The notes: generated by a model not told the origin, from the sequence alone. Positions 1 to 13,222 are shown, counted from the stretch's first letter. The stretch is 64,000 nt of DNA from Eledone cirrhosa (GCA_964016885.1 OZ024747.1:30380001-30444000), one strand, 5' to 3'. Made by a program: numbers and translations.

Positions 1-980
1 TCAGGTGGGGTTGTGGTGTCTGGGGTGGGGGTAGGGAAACATTTCAAAAGGACGCAGTTATAGGGTTTCACGCAGTAATTACCCACATCCTTAGGAAAGT
101 TTTCTTTTAAAGATTTGTATGTGTCCATGGGGACCCTAATCATTTTTAAATTAGGTCTTTCCAGACAGTATGAAAAAGTTTTCCCTTTGGTCTTCACTGA
201 AGGGTTGTTGGAGATAACCTCCATTAGAGTTTTGTTTTCAGTATTTATATATGTGTATGTGTAATGTTCTTGTGTTGTGTTGGTTTTTGTTTGTTGTGCT
301 TGCATGTGTTTTCTTTTTGTTGTAGGTGTTTGTGTTTAGAGTGTTGTCGTTGTTTTGTTTTCAGGAGGGGGCGTTTTTATTTGTGATGTTTGTGTTGTTT
401 GTGTTGGTGGTTGTGTGTTTGTTGGCTTTTTGTTCGTGTTATGTCTTTTTTTCTTTCTTTTGGTGCAGTGATGATGAGGGGCCTCGTCCGTTGTGGCGTC
501 TGTGTGATCGGGGAGGGGTACATTTTGGGGAGCTGTTATGCGTGTGGGTGTTTTGGGAGTTGTTTTAGGTGGGGAGGGGTTGGGTGGGACTGTTTTGGTT
601 ATTTTTGTGTGTTGTTGTTGTTGTTGTGGTGGTGGTGGTGGTGATGGTTGTGCTGCTGTTTCAGGTGTTTGCAGCAGTGCTTTCTTTTTCAGGGTAGTTA
701 ATTGAGGACAGGAAGCCCTCAGGTGACCACTGCTTAAACAGTGGTAACATGAAGGCCTCCTACCCTCAACAGAAATGTTTATAACCTAGACTCTGTCCAG
801 AGGCACACGTTGTGGTATTTTAGCTATTCGTTCTGGCCTCATTTGGACCAGAACTTCCAGGCTAGTACCATTAAATATGCTCCTGGAGGACTTTCCTATT
901 GAAATGAATGTGTCTTCATCAAAGTTGATGAAGCCACATAAAATCCACCAAATATTTACGTTTGGTTGGATGCACAGCAC
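1..980 (-). pseudogene. Decayed ORF1 (gag-like CCHC zinc knuckle) of an L1/Tx1-type LINE, continuing off the left edge
   Basis: The minus strand reads ...GTSLEVLVQMRPERIAKIPQRVPLDRV*VINISVEGRRPSCYHCLSSGHLRASC, followed by T/Q/P-rich low complexity. This parallels ORF1 at 57632-58231 (PISVEGKRPKCFRCGSKTHLRAFC). Confidence 0.75.
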
Positions 981-1179
981 TCTAGATAGGTAGATATATA
1001 TATATATAGGTAGGCAGATAGATAGATAGGTAGATAGATAGGTAGATATATAGATCGTAGATAGATACATAGAGAGATAAATACATAGATACAGGCATAT
1101 CTACACACACATGCCCATATATATCACGTAAATACATACATAGATAGATAATACATACATACAGACAAAAAAAAACACA

Positions 1180-1402
1180 CACCACGCTGTAATGTGGCCA
1201 TGTAGGTAACATGGTAAAAAGTTCCCAGTCCACACTGTAAATGTGGTTGGTGTTAGGAAGGGCATCCAACCGTAGAAAACCTGCCAGATAGTCCTATACG
1301 AGCGAGACACAGTCACCCGACCAATCTTGCCTCAATTGGGACAACTCCCGTCTAACCCATGCTAGCGTGGAAAATAGATGTTAAACGATGATGATGATGA
1401 TG
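1180..1402 (+). mobile_element. 5'-truncated RTE 3'UTR copy (or derived SINE) with (GAT)n tail
   Basis: Matches the sequence downstream of the RTE ORF at 20015-20405 (ccacgctgtaatgtggcc...ggtgttaggaagggcatcc...gttaaacgatgatg). Confidence 0.8.
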
Positions 1403-1742
1403 CCCACATATATCACATAAATGTATGCATTCAGAATCACATCATACGTTTACACACACAGTATATACATAAACAGGTAAACAGTAATATATGCACACTA
1501 CTTTATATGAGCCAGGTAAGGAATCTTTGTAGTCATACAACTTGTTAGAAATTGCAACCAGTTCTCCCTCAAAATACACTCATCCGTTTTGTAAATGATG
1601 TATATATAGGATAATGTAGTCACAAATACTCAATGTTTGAGAGAAGGATAAGATGGTCATGGCAGGAAAGCCATCAATCATATATCTACTCAGTCAAAAC
1701 TGACGTGAAGATTAAACAACAACTTTATATATATATGTATAT

Positions 1743-1990
1743 ATCATCATCATCATTTTACGTCCGCTTTTCCCTGCTTGCAAGGGTGGGACGGGTCTTA
1801 TTTAGCACAGTCTTCCTTCAACTGGCATTTCCTGGCACTTCTTCACCCATCGGTCATCCTCCATGCGCATCATATGTCCATACCACTGCAGTCTCCTCTT
1901 TCGCACACTACATTCTATCTCTCTCAGACACAGTTTCACTCTCAGACACATCCATGCTGGGTCGTTCATGCACATTGACATTGCACATGG
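1743..1990 (-). mobile_element. RTE LINE 3' fragment
   Basis: Reads RRLQWYGHMMRMEDDRWVKKCQEMPVEG; tail gcaagcagggaaaagcggacgtaaaatgatg is also seen at about 29260. Confidence 0.8.
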
Positions 1991-2502
1991 GCTTAATAAA
2001 GTGTTATGCTTAAGGACACAATGCAACACCCAATCCAGGAATTTAACATATAGCCTTCTGATTGCAAGCCCAGTTCATTCGGCTGCAGAAATGAATAGTG
2101 ATGTCACTGGTGCCAAGCTCTATCAACCATTTCCATTCCCTTGGACAGCATTGGTGGTGTAGAGAAGAGAGTCCAGTATACATGGGTGACTGCTGGTCTT
2201 CCAAAAACAACCTTGCCCAAATTTGTGCCCCACAGGGGACTTTTCTAGGTGCAAATAGCATGGTCATTCATTACTGAAGGGGGATTTTACACACAAACAA
2301 CAAAACTGGCTGCTTGACTTCTTGAATATAGCAACCGAATCTCTATCGAATCATACTCTACTTTTTTTGGAGGGAGAGGAAAGACACATTAGATAATGTA
2401 TGGATTGTCACTAAAAAGACAGGGTGGGCATGACTGGAAAACATTTGATCATATGTCTTCAGCATCAAAATCAATCTGGAGGCTAAACTACAACTGGTCT
2501 GT

Positions 2503-2736
2503 TCATCATCATCATCATCATCATCATCAGGTTTAGCGTCCGTGTTCCACGCTTGCATGGGTTTGGACGGGGGTTTTCCCACTTGAGGCAAGAGTGGTTG
2601 TCTTGCTCGCATAGGACTGTCTGGCGGGTTTTCCACAGTTGGATGCCCTTCCTAACACCAACCACATTTACAGTGTGGGGCTGGGAGGTTTTTACCGTGT
2701 TGCCTACACGGCCACATTACAGCGTGGACTGTCTGA
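2503..2736 (-). mobile_element. RTE 3'UTR copy with (GAT)n tail
   Basis: Near-identical to 20015-20240. Confidence 0.85.
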
Positions 2737-3759
2737 CTGTTCATATTACTGGAAAATTCAAAGAATATTGATAGCTATCTATTAAGCCTACTTGACAGCA
2801 GCAAAGACCAGACTATGGGTGGTCTGCAGCATTAAAACGGACATTAGATACTGAAGTCACTACACTAGAGATCTCTTAACATTCTGGAGCTTTGGGGGCT
2901 TAGGGAAATTACATTGAAAAAAAATATGGTAAACTTCTCTACCATAATGCCCAGTCAATAGTGGCTGTTACCTAAAATCATGAATTCATTCATTTTTTTT
3001 TTCATTCAGACAGAAGAGATTAAAGCTATTCACTGCTGTCTGGTGAGTAACTTGTAATATATACTATAACAAAATTTGGTTATTCCTATTCACTATCCAA
3101 CCACTATATATGAATATGTACGTATGAATATGCATGTGTGATGTATAGGTATACATACAAATATGCAAATGCTACTATTACTGCTTGGTTGTTTTCCATG
3201 ATGACATATGTATACATGCATATATATTTATATATATAGATACACATACACACACACACATATCACATATACAGCTATACATATGTCTTCATAGAAAACA
3301 ACCATCAAATGATGATATATGGAGATATTTTTATACACACACATATTCATGAATATGTATGAAAAAATATATATCTATATCAACTACACACACATACATA
3401 TATAAAGACGATAAAGAAGCAAGCACATTAAAACTTTGGATAGAATGCTTTGTAGTATTTGTTCAGGTTCTCAGCATTCTTAGTTCATATTTTGTAGAGG
3501 TCAACTTTATCTTTCATCATTTTGAAGTTAATAAATAAAGTACCAGTGCTGGGGTTGGGTGAGTGGCGTGATTCTTTCACAATATATGTCTTTTGTACTT
3601 CTCTCTTTCTCTGGAAAAAAAATCTGGTATGTTCTGCCCTGGGGAGGAATGGGCTCCACCAGTTTTAAATCCCCAAGACAGCTAACACACCTATGATTCC
3701 ATCAAGAGTTAAGGTCCAATATATACATATAAACATATATATATATATATATATATATA

Positions 3760-6460
3760 GTGCATGGCTTACAACACTACATCCCAGAAAGAACTCACCC
3801 AGACCACATGAAGACATAACAGAACTCTTACACAATAACAACTACAACAGATACCACCCCCATCACCACATTAACTCTCATAAAAAACAAACTACAGATC
3901 CACACAAAACAGACAACAGTTACAACCAAAACAACATTCCTTTTTTAGAAAAAAGACTGAAATACCAGGACACCCAATGGCCCTCACTCATGAAAAACCA
4001 AAGATATCATTATGTAACCTTTCAAAGATATCATTATCATCATCATCATCACCATCATCATTTTATGTCCGCTTTTCCCTGCTTAAGTAAGGGACTGAAA
4101 TTTACACCCACACCACAAAAATCTAACTTACCCGAAATGAAAGATGACATCATGGAATTCTGCCGAAAACTCAGACTAATAGAATACTTCTCTAAAGACA
4201 CCAACACGAATCATTAGTCAGAAACAAAAGTGATTTCTGCCCACAGAAAGGAAGGAACAAAGCACTGGACACCTATTGCCAACACATCATCAATTTTCCC
4301 TATGAAAACATTGCAAATAAACACAAGAAATTGAACCTCAGAAAACACGAATGGAAAGAATTATTTGCACTTTGAGTTAACACTGAAATAACCATCAAAG
4401 AAGCCGATAAAGGGAACACTGTGGTCATCATGAATACTGACTACTAGAGGGACCAGGCACTTAAAATCTTAGACAAGTACTATGAAAAATAGAAAACTAC
4501 AAACAGACTAAAACAATGGGGAATCTCCTAGCATTACTACAAAAATATCGCAATAGCCTAACCACAAAAGAGTTTGAATACATAAGCCATTTCAAATGTA
4601 AAACAAGTACTTTCTATGGCTTTTCGAAGATCCACAAATGTAAACTCATAAAAGATGCCTGTGACACTTCAACTAACAAATACATACAATTAACACCACC
4701 AGAAAACTTGAAACCTATTATAGCAGGCCCTGCGTGTGAAACACTCAGACTTAGCAATTTCCTGGAAATCCTACTAAAGCCCTTCCTAAAACATATACAG
4801 AACTACATATGGGATGACCTTGATATACTGAACCACCAATCTAAAACTGTAAGTGAAAACACTATTCTTGTCTCCTTTGACGTAGTAAACCTTTACACTA
4901 ACATACCGCATAACTTTGGAATAATGGCCATCCAGTACTGGCTAGACACTCACCAATCAGAAATACCAACACACATCAATAAAAACTTTATTATTGATGG
5001 ACTCCAATTTATCTTACAGAATAATTATTTTACATTCAATGTAAAATACCGACAAATCTCCGTGCAATGGGCACGAAGGTAGCCCTCACACACGCCAACT
5101 TAGTCATGGGATAACTCAAACAACAAATCTACAAAAAATCCCTTCTATTATTCGGAGATTCTTTCCTTACACATCTCAAAAATAATTGGAAGAGATTATG
5201 ACAGCAAAACATGAACACACTCACTATTTTGAAAAATATGATAAACAACATTAACAATAATATACAATTCCCAATGGAACCCAACTCTGATGTGGGAAAA
5301 CTCCAGTCCAAACCCATGCAAGCGTGGAACATGGACATTAAACGATGATGATGATGATGATGATGATATATATCTATCTAAGGCGGGTAAAATTCCCGAG
5401 ATCCATGGACGAGTTCTCTCCAGCGGTCTCTCCTCCGTTCTCTCCAAACTGTGGTACATGCCTATACTTAATTGGACAACAATTCATGTTTAAAGATGGC
5501 CAAACTTTTACAGTGAAAAACAACTTCAGTTGCAACTCAGAGAACCTGATCTACGTAATTACATGCGGTGGATGTCGACATAACTACATAGGACAAATGG
5601 GTGTGTCATTATGCAAAAGAATGACCATCCATCGCCAACTCCTTCTTGGATATCCTTATTTTAAAAACAGATGGGTAAATAGAAACACATCTTTTATAAA
5701 CCCATGGACTCCAAACAGTACCTCCTCTTCACATCAAGTCACACTAAACCTACAAAACTTAACATTCCTTTTAACTTAGCCAAACGTATATGCACCATAG
5801 TATCAGACCCAACTAAACGGGAACAAAGACTAAATGAACTAAAAAACACACTTACCTTAAGAGCCTTCCCACTTGTCATAATTAATAACGGAATAGACAG
5901 AGCAAAACACACAAATTTTCATCAACTCAACAACTCAAAACACAGAATCTCGAACAATACCTTAACACATATATCCACCTTCAACCCCAGAAACACTGAA
6001 ATGTTCGAGCATCTATATAAAAACCTCCCCATTCTATTTAAAGATAAAAATGAAAAAAAGTCCTTGAAACACAAGATCATTAAAACTAAAAGGCAACCCA
6101 AATCACTAAAACACATTCTCACTGGAACAAATATACACAAACCAATCTCTAACCTTACAGTAACAAAATGCGGAAGAACAAACTGTGGTACATGCCTATA
6201 CTTAATTGGACAACAATTCATGTTTAAAGATGGCCAAACTTTTACAGTGAAAAACAACTTCAGTTGCAACTCAGAGAACCTGATCTACGTAATTACATGC
6301 GGTGGATGTCGACATAACTACATAGGACAAATGGGTGTGTCATTATGCAAAAGAATGACCATCCATCGCCAACAAATTGAAGACATAATCACAAGAAAAT
6401 CTCCCTAAGTAGCCAAAATTAAATATGTAATCACCCCCATTAAATTATCCATAAGGACCC
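3760..6460 (+). mobile_element. Penelope-like retroelement (RT plus C-terminal GIY-YIG), frameshifted and interrupted
   Basis: PLE motifs GLKFTPTP, KEADKGNTVVIMN, FYGFSKIHK, PIIAGP, SFDVVNLYTNIP, NIPFNLAKRICTIVS and GIY-YIG NLIYVITCGGCRHNYIGQ lie across ORFs 3693-4217, 4516-5082 and 5704-6408. Confidence 0.9.
5292..5639. other. Locally templated insertion within the Penelope RT
   Basis: 5292-5431 is the reverse complement of 6785-6924, and 5445-5639 is a direct copy of 6179-6373. Confidence 0.9.
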
Positions 6461-6667
6461 ATTGACTAAGCACATACATATATACAGACAGATCGATATA
6501 TTTGCACACATATACGTGTGTGTGTATGTATATATATATATATATATATATGTGTGTAATTAGGGGCTCTAACCCTAGTGCTGTTAGATCGACTCTCCAT
6601 ATTTCTTTTCAATGGCTGACAATACCTTGCTGGCGCCACTCGAATAAGGTAGTTATTTAACCCATAA

Positions 6668-6845
6668 ATGGAGCCCCTACATGGACACACTAGTAGAGGA
6701 ATACCAAGGTCAACGTATGTTGATGCCCTAAGGACAGACACTGGTCTGTTGGAGACGCAGGACATGGGAGCGATAATGAGGGACAGAGACCGCTGGAGAG
6801 AACTCGTCCATGGATCTCGGGAATTTTACCCGCCTTAGATAGATA
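6668..6845 (+). mobile_element. RTE-type LINE 3' end, with the ORF running into a TAGA tail
   Basis: Reads EPLHGHTSRGIPRSTYVDALRTDTGLLETQDMGAIMRDRDRWRELVHGSREFYPP*, the same family as 37789-38220. Confidence 0.8.
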
Positions 6846-6848
6846 TAT

Positions 6849-7454
6849 ATCATCATCATCATCATCATCATCGTTTAATGTCCATGTTCCACGCTTGCAT
6901 GGGTTTGGACTGGAGTTTTCCCACTTGAGGCAAGAGTGGTTGTCTTGCTCGCATAGGACTGTCTGGCGGGTTTTCTACAGCTGGATTCCCTTCCTAACAC
7001 CAACCACATTTACAGTGTGGGGCTGGGAGGTTTTTACAGTGTTGCCTACACGGCCACATTACAGCGTGGACTGCCTGGCGGGTTTTCTACAGCTGGATGC
7101 TCTTCCTAACACCAACCACATTTACAGTGTGGGACTGGGAGGTTTTTACCGTGTTGCCTACACGGCCACATTACAGCGTGGACTGTCTGGCGGGTTTTCT
7201 ACAGCTGGATGCCCTTCCTAACACCAACCACATTTACAGTGTGGGTCTGGGAGGTTTTTACCGTGTTGCCTACACGGCCACATTACAGCGTGGACTGTGT
7301 GTTTTTTGTCGTGACACCTACACGATCTCATTTGTTTCGGCCTGGATGTTGTGGCACCAACATAACTTTACATTGAAAGGGGCGGTGTGGATGAGGTGGG
7401 GTGGTGGGGCGGGGGGTGTTTTGTTAGAGATACCTACTGACTGTAGTAGGTTTT
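6849..7454 (-). mobile_element. RTE 3'UTR copy containing three tandem 112-bp units
   Basis: Colinear with 20015-20400. Units start at 6956, 7068 and 7180 (ggactg..tggcgggttttctacagctggat). Confidence 0.85.
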
Positions 7455-8599
7455 ATATATATATATATATATTCCATGGTTCATATATATATATAAGTGT
7501 GTATATGTGTGTATGGTATATGTACCCTCTCTCTCTGTTGCGCACACACACGTGCGCGCTCACACCACAAAGTAAAAATAAAATTATCAATACACATATT
7601 TTCCAAAAATAAGCCCTCTTCCCATCACAAAAATCCTGTGAGTAACAAATTACACACAAACACACCACACTACAAAAACAAACAAATATATATGTATGTA
7701 CATATATGCGGGTGTGTATATATATATACAATATCCCTAAAAAAACACTTTTTTACTTCCCTTTTTTTCTTTCTTTCCTCCCAAAATATTTCTCTGACCA
7801 AGTTTTGGTCCCATCATACTTACAATAACACACGCACACATATATGTTTGTATTTATATATACACACTCACGCATACACATTCATACTCTCTAAAAATCA
7901 TATTGAGATACACACACATATATACAGAAGATTCCCCTTTCCCTAAAAATAATTTTATTCTCTGAAAAGACGACGATGACGACGACACTGCCGCTGCTGA
8001 CGTCTCCACCGGTGCCCCCTCAACCTCTCTTCTCAACAAGAAAGGTGAACAAACCTGCTTCAACACTTAATTTTTAATTCTTTTTAATTCTAATATTCAA
8101 CATTTGATCAAATGGATTACACTGATACATTGAAACCGGTTATATTTTATATATTTTATATACATTATAAAAATCCTTTTTTATCACATTTTTTCAATAA
8201 TTGTTTCTACTTTTGGCACAAGGCCAGCAATTAGCCAGTGTATTACTGGTACTTTATTTTATCTCATTTTTTCAATAATGTCAGTTTGACGAGTCAATGA
8301 AGAAAAAAAGAAAAAGAGATCCTTTAACTATATTTTTCATGCTATTTCCAATTCCACTTTTTATCTATAACCTCTGTTTGTAACGAATCTTACTCATTTT
8401 CAAATATATATGTATATATAACCAAATTAAAAGATACATGTTTAGAGAGAGAAAGGTCCTTTTAATTTGGTTATTATGGCTCTAGATAAAGTCTTTTGAG
8501 CTTACTTATTGAGAAACACAAAATTCTAAGCCTATCTGTTTTGATTTATCATTTGTATATATATATATATACAAATGAATCAGAGGTAACCGCATATAT

Positions 8600-11095
8600 A
8601 TATATATATTTATTAAAATAACATATTAAAGTTTAAGCAAAGAATCGCTGCTTTCACCCTTAACGGGATCTTCTGAAACTAACGAAGTCAATCTGTAAAC
8701 GCAGAAGTGGATATTTCAAAAACGTTGCAACCGGAGGAAGACAGGAAGACAGGAAGACGATACTTCGTGGAAACGTTCGCTGGCAAAGAACGGGAAAAAA
8801 CGAATAAGATACGTCATTAATAGGAGCGGTGAAAAGCAATTACACACAAAGACAGGACCACGTTTATGGTATAAAAGAAGTCGTAGACTAATGTTCTCTT
8901 AGGTGGTTCATAAAGACGTTCTCTGGCAAACGGAATCAACGAAGATAATACGTCATATGTGGAATGTGGAGAACAATTACACGCAAAGACAAACCACGTA
9001 AATGGTATAGCTGAAGTCGTAGAATAAAATTCTAACTAGGAAACCGAATGATTCTCCGCTTCAGAGTTAAGAATAAAGTAAATAAAATACAATACAGAGG
9101 TAATTGAAATAAAATAAATACATACACGCGTCCAAATACGTACATGCACAAGCATACGCGAAAACACTCGCCATAGGTATACAAAACCACGCACTTGTAA
9201 ATATGTGTGTGTGTACGTGTATACAAATAAATAAATAATTAAATATACGTATATAAATAAATAAATACGTACACACACACATACCTACATGTAAATACAC
9301 AAATGTTCGGAGATGTACGTCAACCAAAACATGAAGTACACATACACACACCCAACATACGTATGAACCCGCATACTCACACAGACGCAAAACTCCCGTA
9401 TACACATAACCAAAAGCATATGTACCAGAATATATAAAAATATACGCCATAACATATACAATCAAAACATACAGGTAATATATACTTACCTATGCAAATA
9501 AATAATGGTATAAACATAACATATACTTAGCTACCACATCAAGACGTAAAATATCCACGTATAGATTGTACTATCCGTTAGGGTATAATGTGGGGCTGTA
9601 ATACAGGAAAGTTTTGTCCAATTTATGTTTACAAGCCGAAATTGCCTCAGATTTTTTGTTTAAGATGTGGTCTGTGGCGTAGAGTATTTCCAGGGCCTCA
9701 GCGGCACAGAGGTCACATGGTCTTTTATTTCCGTTATACGATCTAGCCCTAGCTAGGATCTCCCAGTGTAACTTATATTGGGGGTGGTTGTCTTTTAGAC
9801 TCCAGATATAAGCTGAAAGTGACGTCATACTCCTTCTTAGAGGGTAACGAAAAGAATGGGTATGCATGTAAAGACGCTGCTTGATATTGGCGGTTAACCC
9901 TATGTAGGCCCTACGGGACGTGGGTGTTTCAACCTTACATTTGTGGACAATGTTACTAGAGAGGCATTTCCCGGATAGGGAGCAATCAACCCGATTCCTA
10001 CAATTACAGTTAGTACTAACTACAGGGTTGCACGTGTTCCTACGGCTAGGTAGTTTAGCTAAATTTGAAGCTGTGATGTTATGTGCAAGGTTAGGAGTCG
10101 TAGAGTAAGAAATTTTAATAGTATTTCTATTAAAAATTTTACTATATTTATGTGTAGGGGGAAAATGCTTCGTAATAAGGGATAGAAAGATCTTAGCTAA
10201 TGGTGTGGCCACCTCCATATTATATGGTGGGTTATACCATATAATGCGACGGGATCTATTTCTTCTAGGTCTATTCTCGTACTCTGTATATGCTACCTTA
10301 TCGACAAATCTACTCCGAGCAAGAGCTTCATTGTAATAAGTGGAATGGTCGTTGAAAATATGCTCGTTAGTAGATAGACGGGAAAGCCACAACGAAACGT
10401 TTCTTACCAGGTTCTTGGTTATGCTGGCAGGATGGTTGGAATGCTTACTTATGTAATTAAGCGTATCATTCGGCTTTCTATACAGGTAATACAAGCCATT
10501 CGATAAATTGAGGGTAACGTCGAGGTAATTAACGACCGAGAGGTTGGCCTCAACCTGTATAGAGAGGTTGAAGCCTTTAAAGAAGGCTGTGAGTTCTTTT
10601 CTGAACCTGTCGCAAGCACGAGGGCCGCACTTAGTCATGGTCAAAAGACCATCATCACGGTACAAACCACGTCGAAAGGGGTACTATTGGATTTTTTAAT
10701 CCAAATAGAGTCGTCGAAATTAATCACCGACTTACGGGCATTGAGGATGACATCAACTTCGAAATCCTTAACCACTGTGAGTGTTTTAGCGAAATTGATA
10801 GCTCTAAGAAGAAGTGGTAAAGTGATGGAGGAGTAGTAATTGTTGATGTCAAATTGGATAAAACGGCAATGTTCCTTGTTGCATATGCTGTTGAACCAAT
10901 CAATCACTGTGAAAGAATTGTTCCACAGTGCAAGAGGGCCAAACATCTAATTTCAGGTATAAATCTATCAAGAATCCTTTTACTAAGTCTACCTAAATCG
11001 GACTTCGTAGGGTTAATAAGCCGAATAGAGGGGTTGTTCGGAAAATTGGATTTGTGATCCTTCAGGGTAAAGTGGGGAGAATGCTCTACGGTCCT
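8600..11095 (-). mobile_element. Penelope-like retroelement (second lineage), 5'-truncated, with long 3' region
   Basis: Motifs FIQFDINNYYSSI, YRDDGL, NYLDVTL, YRKPN, IIWYNPPY, CNCRNRVDCSLSGKCL and GIY-YIG-like NIVHKC...AYIGLT in ORFs 10641-10946 and 9571-10665. The 3' boundary is approximate. Confidence 0.85.
9571..10665 (-). CDS. PLE RT C-terminal half/thumb plus GIY-YIG endonuclease (partial ORF)
   Basis: 364-aa open frame with YRDD, YLDV, a Cys cluster and YIG motifs. Confidence 0.8.
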   Translation of the reverse strand: MYRDDGLLTMTKCGPRACDRFRKELTAFFKGFNLSIQVEANLSVVNYLDVTLNLSNGLYYLYRKPNDTLNYISKHSNHPASITKNLVRNVSLWLSRLSTNEHIFNDHSTYYNEALARSRFVDKVAYTEYENRPRRNRSRRIIWYNPPYNMEVATPLAKIFLSLITKHFPPTHKYSKIFNRNTIKISYSTTPNLAHNITASNLAKLPSRRNTCNPVVSTNCNCRNRVDCSLSGKCLSSNIVHKCKVETPTSRRAYIGLTANIKQRLYMHTHSFRYPLRRSMTSLSAYIWSLKDNHPQYKLHWEILARARSYNGNKRPCDLCAAEALEILYATDHILNKKSEAISACKHKLDKTFLYYSPTLYPNG

Positions 11096-11285
11096 TATAT
11101 ATTTGATATATATTTATCCTTATCAAGCCCACTTTGGATTTTAGTCTTCATATTTATTATTATTATTATTACTATATATATATATATATATATATAAATG
11201 GAAAGTTATATTTAAATTGTTGGGTTACAACTAGTAAATATTTATAACTGATATAAAAGCACTCAACAAGTATTTGGAGTATATT

Positions 11286-11656
11286 TACGATATTAAATAA
11301 ATGGAAACTATATTTATAAAACCATATTTATTTCATTATATATATTTCAGGGATATCATATTAACAATATGTTATGCCTTCTTCAGACAAAATACAATAT
11401 AGACAGTTTTATAGATAAATAGATTTGACATACCGTTCAACATCGACTTGTATTTGAAAAAGTTGATTTGGCAAATCAACTTTTTCAAATACAAGTCGAT
11501 GTTGAACGGTATGTCAAATCTATTTATCTATAAAACTGTCTATATTGTATTTTGTCTGAAGAAGGCATAACATATTGTTAATATGATATCCCTGAAATAT
11601 ATATAATGAAATAAATATGGTTTTATAAATATAGTTTCCATTTATTTAATATCGTA
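11286..11656. repeat. Perfect 371-bp palindrome (185-bp arms, 1-nt centre at 11471)
   Basis: Arms read as exact reverse complements: tacgatatt...gatttg G caaatc...aatatcgta. Confidence 0.95.
11548..11613 (+). ncRNA. Putative minimal type I hammerhead ribozyme (mirror copy at 11329-11394, minus strand)
   Basis: TATTTTGT-CTGAAGA-[aggcataacatatt gtt aatatgatatccct]-GAAA-TATATA-TA-ATGAAATA. Stems I and II pair, with GU wobble. Confidence 0.7.
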
Positions 11657-11717
11657 TATATATATAAATATATTTATATATATATAATTATTCGGTTACC
11701 TCCGATTCAACCGGAAT

Positions 11718-11770
<53 letters not shown>

Positions 11771-11826
11771 CAACTAGCAAATGTTCATATTAAAAGTACA
11801 TTACTGTATATATCTATATCTTTCTC

Positions 11827-11883
<57 letters not shown>

Positions 11884-12699
11884 AAGTGAGAGAGAGAGAG
11901 AGAAAGAGGGGTGGGGATATAGATATATACAGCTCATTTGTAATGTACTTTTAGTATGAAGATTTGAGAGTTATAGATCCTATGTTCATAATTTATAGTT
12001 AAATCATGATTCTCTTAGACATGTCTCATGAATTACTTATTATATGTATAAATATATGTGTGTGAGTGTCTGTATATGTGTGTGTATATATGTATAGGTG
12101 TATGTATATATATGTATATGTGTGTATGTTTAGGTGTGTGTATATGTTTGTATAGGTATGTGTATATGTGTATATGTGTATGTATATGTGTGAGTGTCTG
12201 TATGTATGTGTGTGTATATTTGTAAGTACATATATGTATGTATGTATATGTATGTATATGTATGTGTATGTATGTATATGTGTTTCTATATGTATAGATG
12301 GATGTCTTCAAAATATTTTCAGAGTCGGTAAACATGAAATGCTTTATGATTTCAAATGCTGTTCTGGAGGAAGCCATTCCAAATATCCAAATATCAAAAT
12401 TTCTTCTTATTTCTTAATATGATAAAAGAATGTTAATTAAATGTCCCAGAAACCTGATAGAAGCTTTGCATTCTAAAGTTGAATTGAAGTTAATGTTTAA
12501 TTCTACAGTGGAGTAGATTGCTTTGATATCTATTTTGTCAAATTTATGATGGATAATGATCCATAGAAGCATTATGTGACTCTTCTATATCAACAGACTC
12601 TTTGATAATCAACAGAACTCCACATTTATAGATCATTAATTAACTAGAAGCTAGTGGCAAATTATAAGTAGGGTTTCACAATATTTCTTACTTTGAGAT

Positions 12700-13137
12700 A
12701 TATAGATATATTCCTTAACATGTAGCATGAATATTCTGTGTGATTACATTTATAGTAGTAGTACAGACACACACAAACCAAACTAACAAAATAATTCAGA
12801 CACACACAGATAGAACAATAGAACATACAACCAACTAGTGACAGTAAATAAAAAGATAATAAATAAAAACACACACATACACCTGGATGTAACGCATGCA
12901 CAAACTAAGAACACAACACACAACACAAAAACAAGATGGTGTAGGACAGAACAAAGGAGAGACACAAAATAAAAACCTAGTCACTGAGGAGGTTACATAA
13001 TGTGTGACAAAAGAGCTTTGACAATATATAAACAACCTTCCGGTTATCGAACCAAACCAACCAGAAATTTGTAATAAATTGAAGTGAAAACCAACAGGTG
13101 TGTGTGTTTTTATTAGCAGCATGACCCTCCCAAAGTA

Positions 13138-13141
<4 letters not shown>
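12700..13141 (+). mobile_element. PLE 3' end/pseudo-LTR fragment with degenerate hammerhead
   Basis: gtca-CTGAGGA-ggttaca..tgtgac-aAAA-gagctt-tgac at about 12980-13022. It ends in gaccctcccaaagtataac, shared with the PLE pLTR at about 26820. Confidence 0.5.

Positions 13142-13222
<81 letters not shown>

Noticed and set aside
2358-2771. Recurrent small ORFs (MPFLTPTTFTV..., WENPRPNPCKRGT...) as a peptide family
   Set aside because: They recur only because they lie in multi-copy SINE/RTE 3'UTR sequence, and frames are not conserved between copies.
6956-7296. Regularly spaced repeats resembling a CRISPR array
   Set aside because: Whole 112-bp units repeat with no unique spacers, there are no cas genes, and the context is eukaryotic retroelement DNA.
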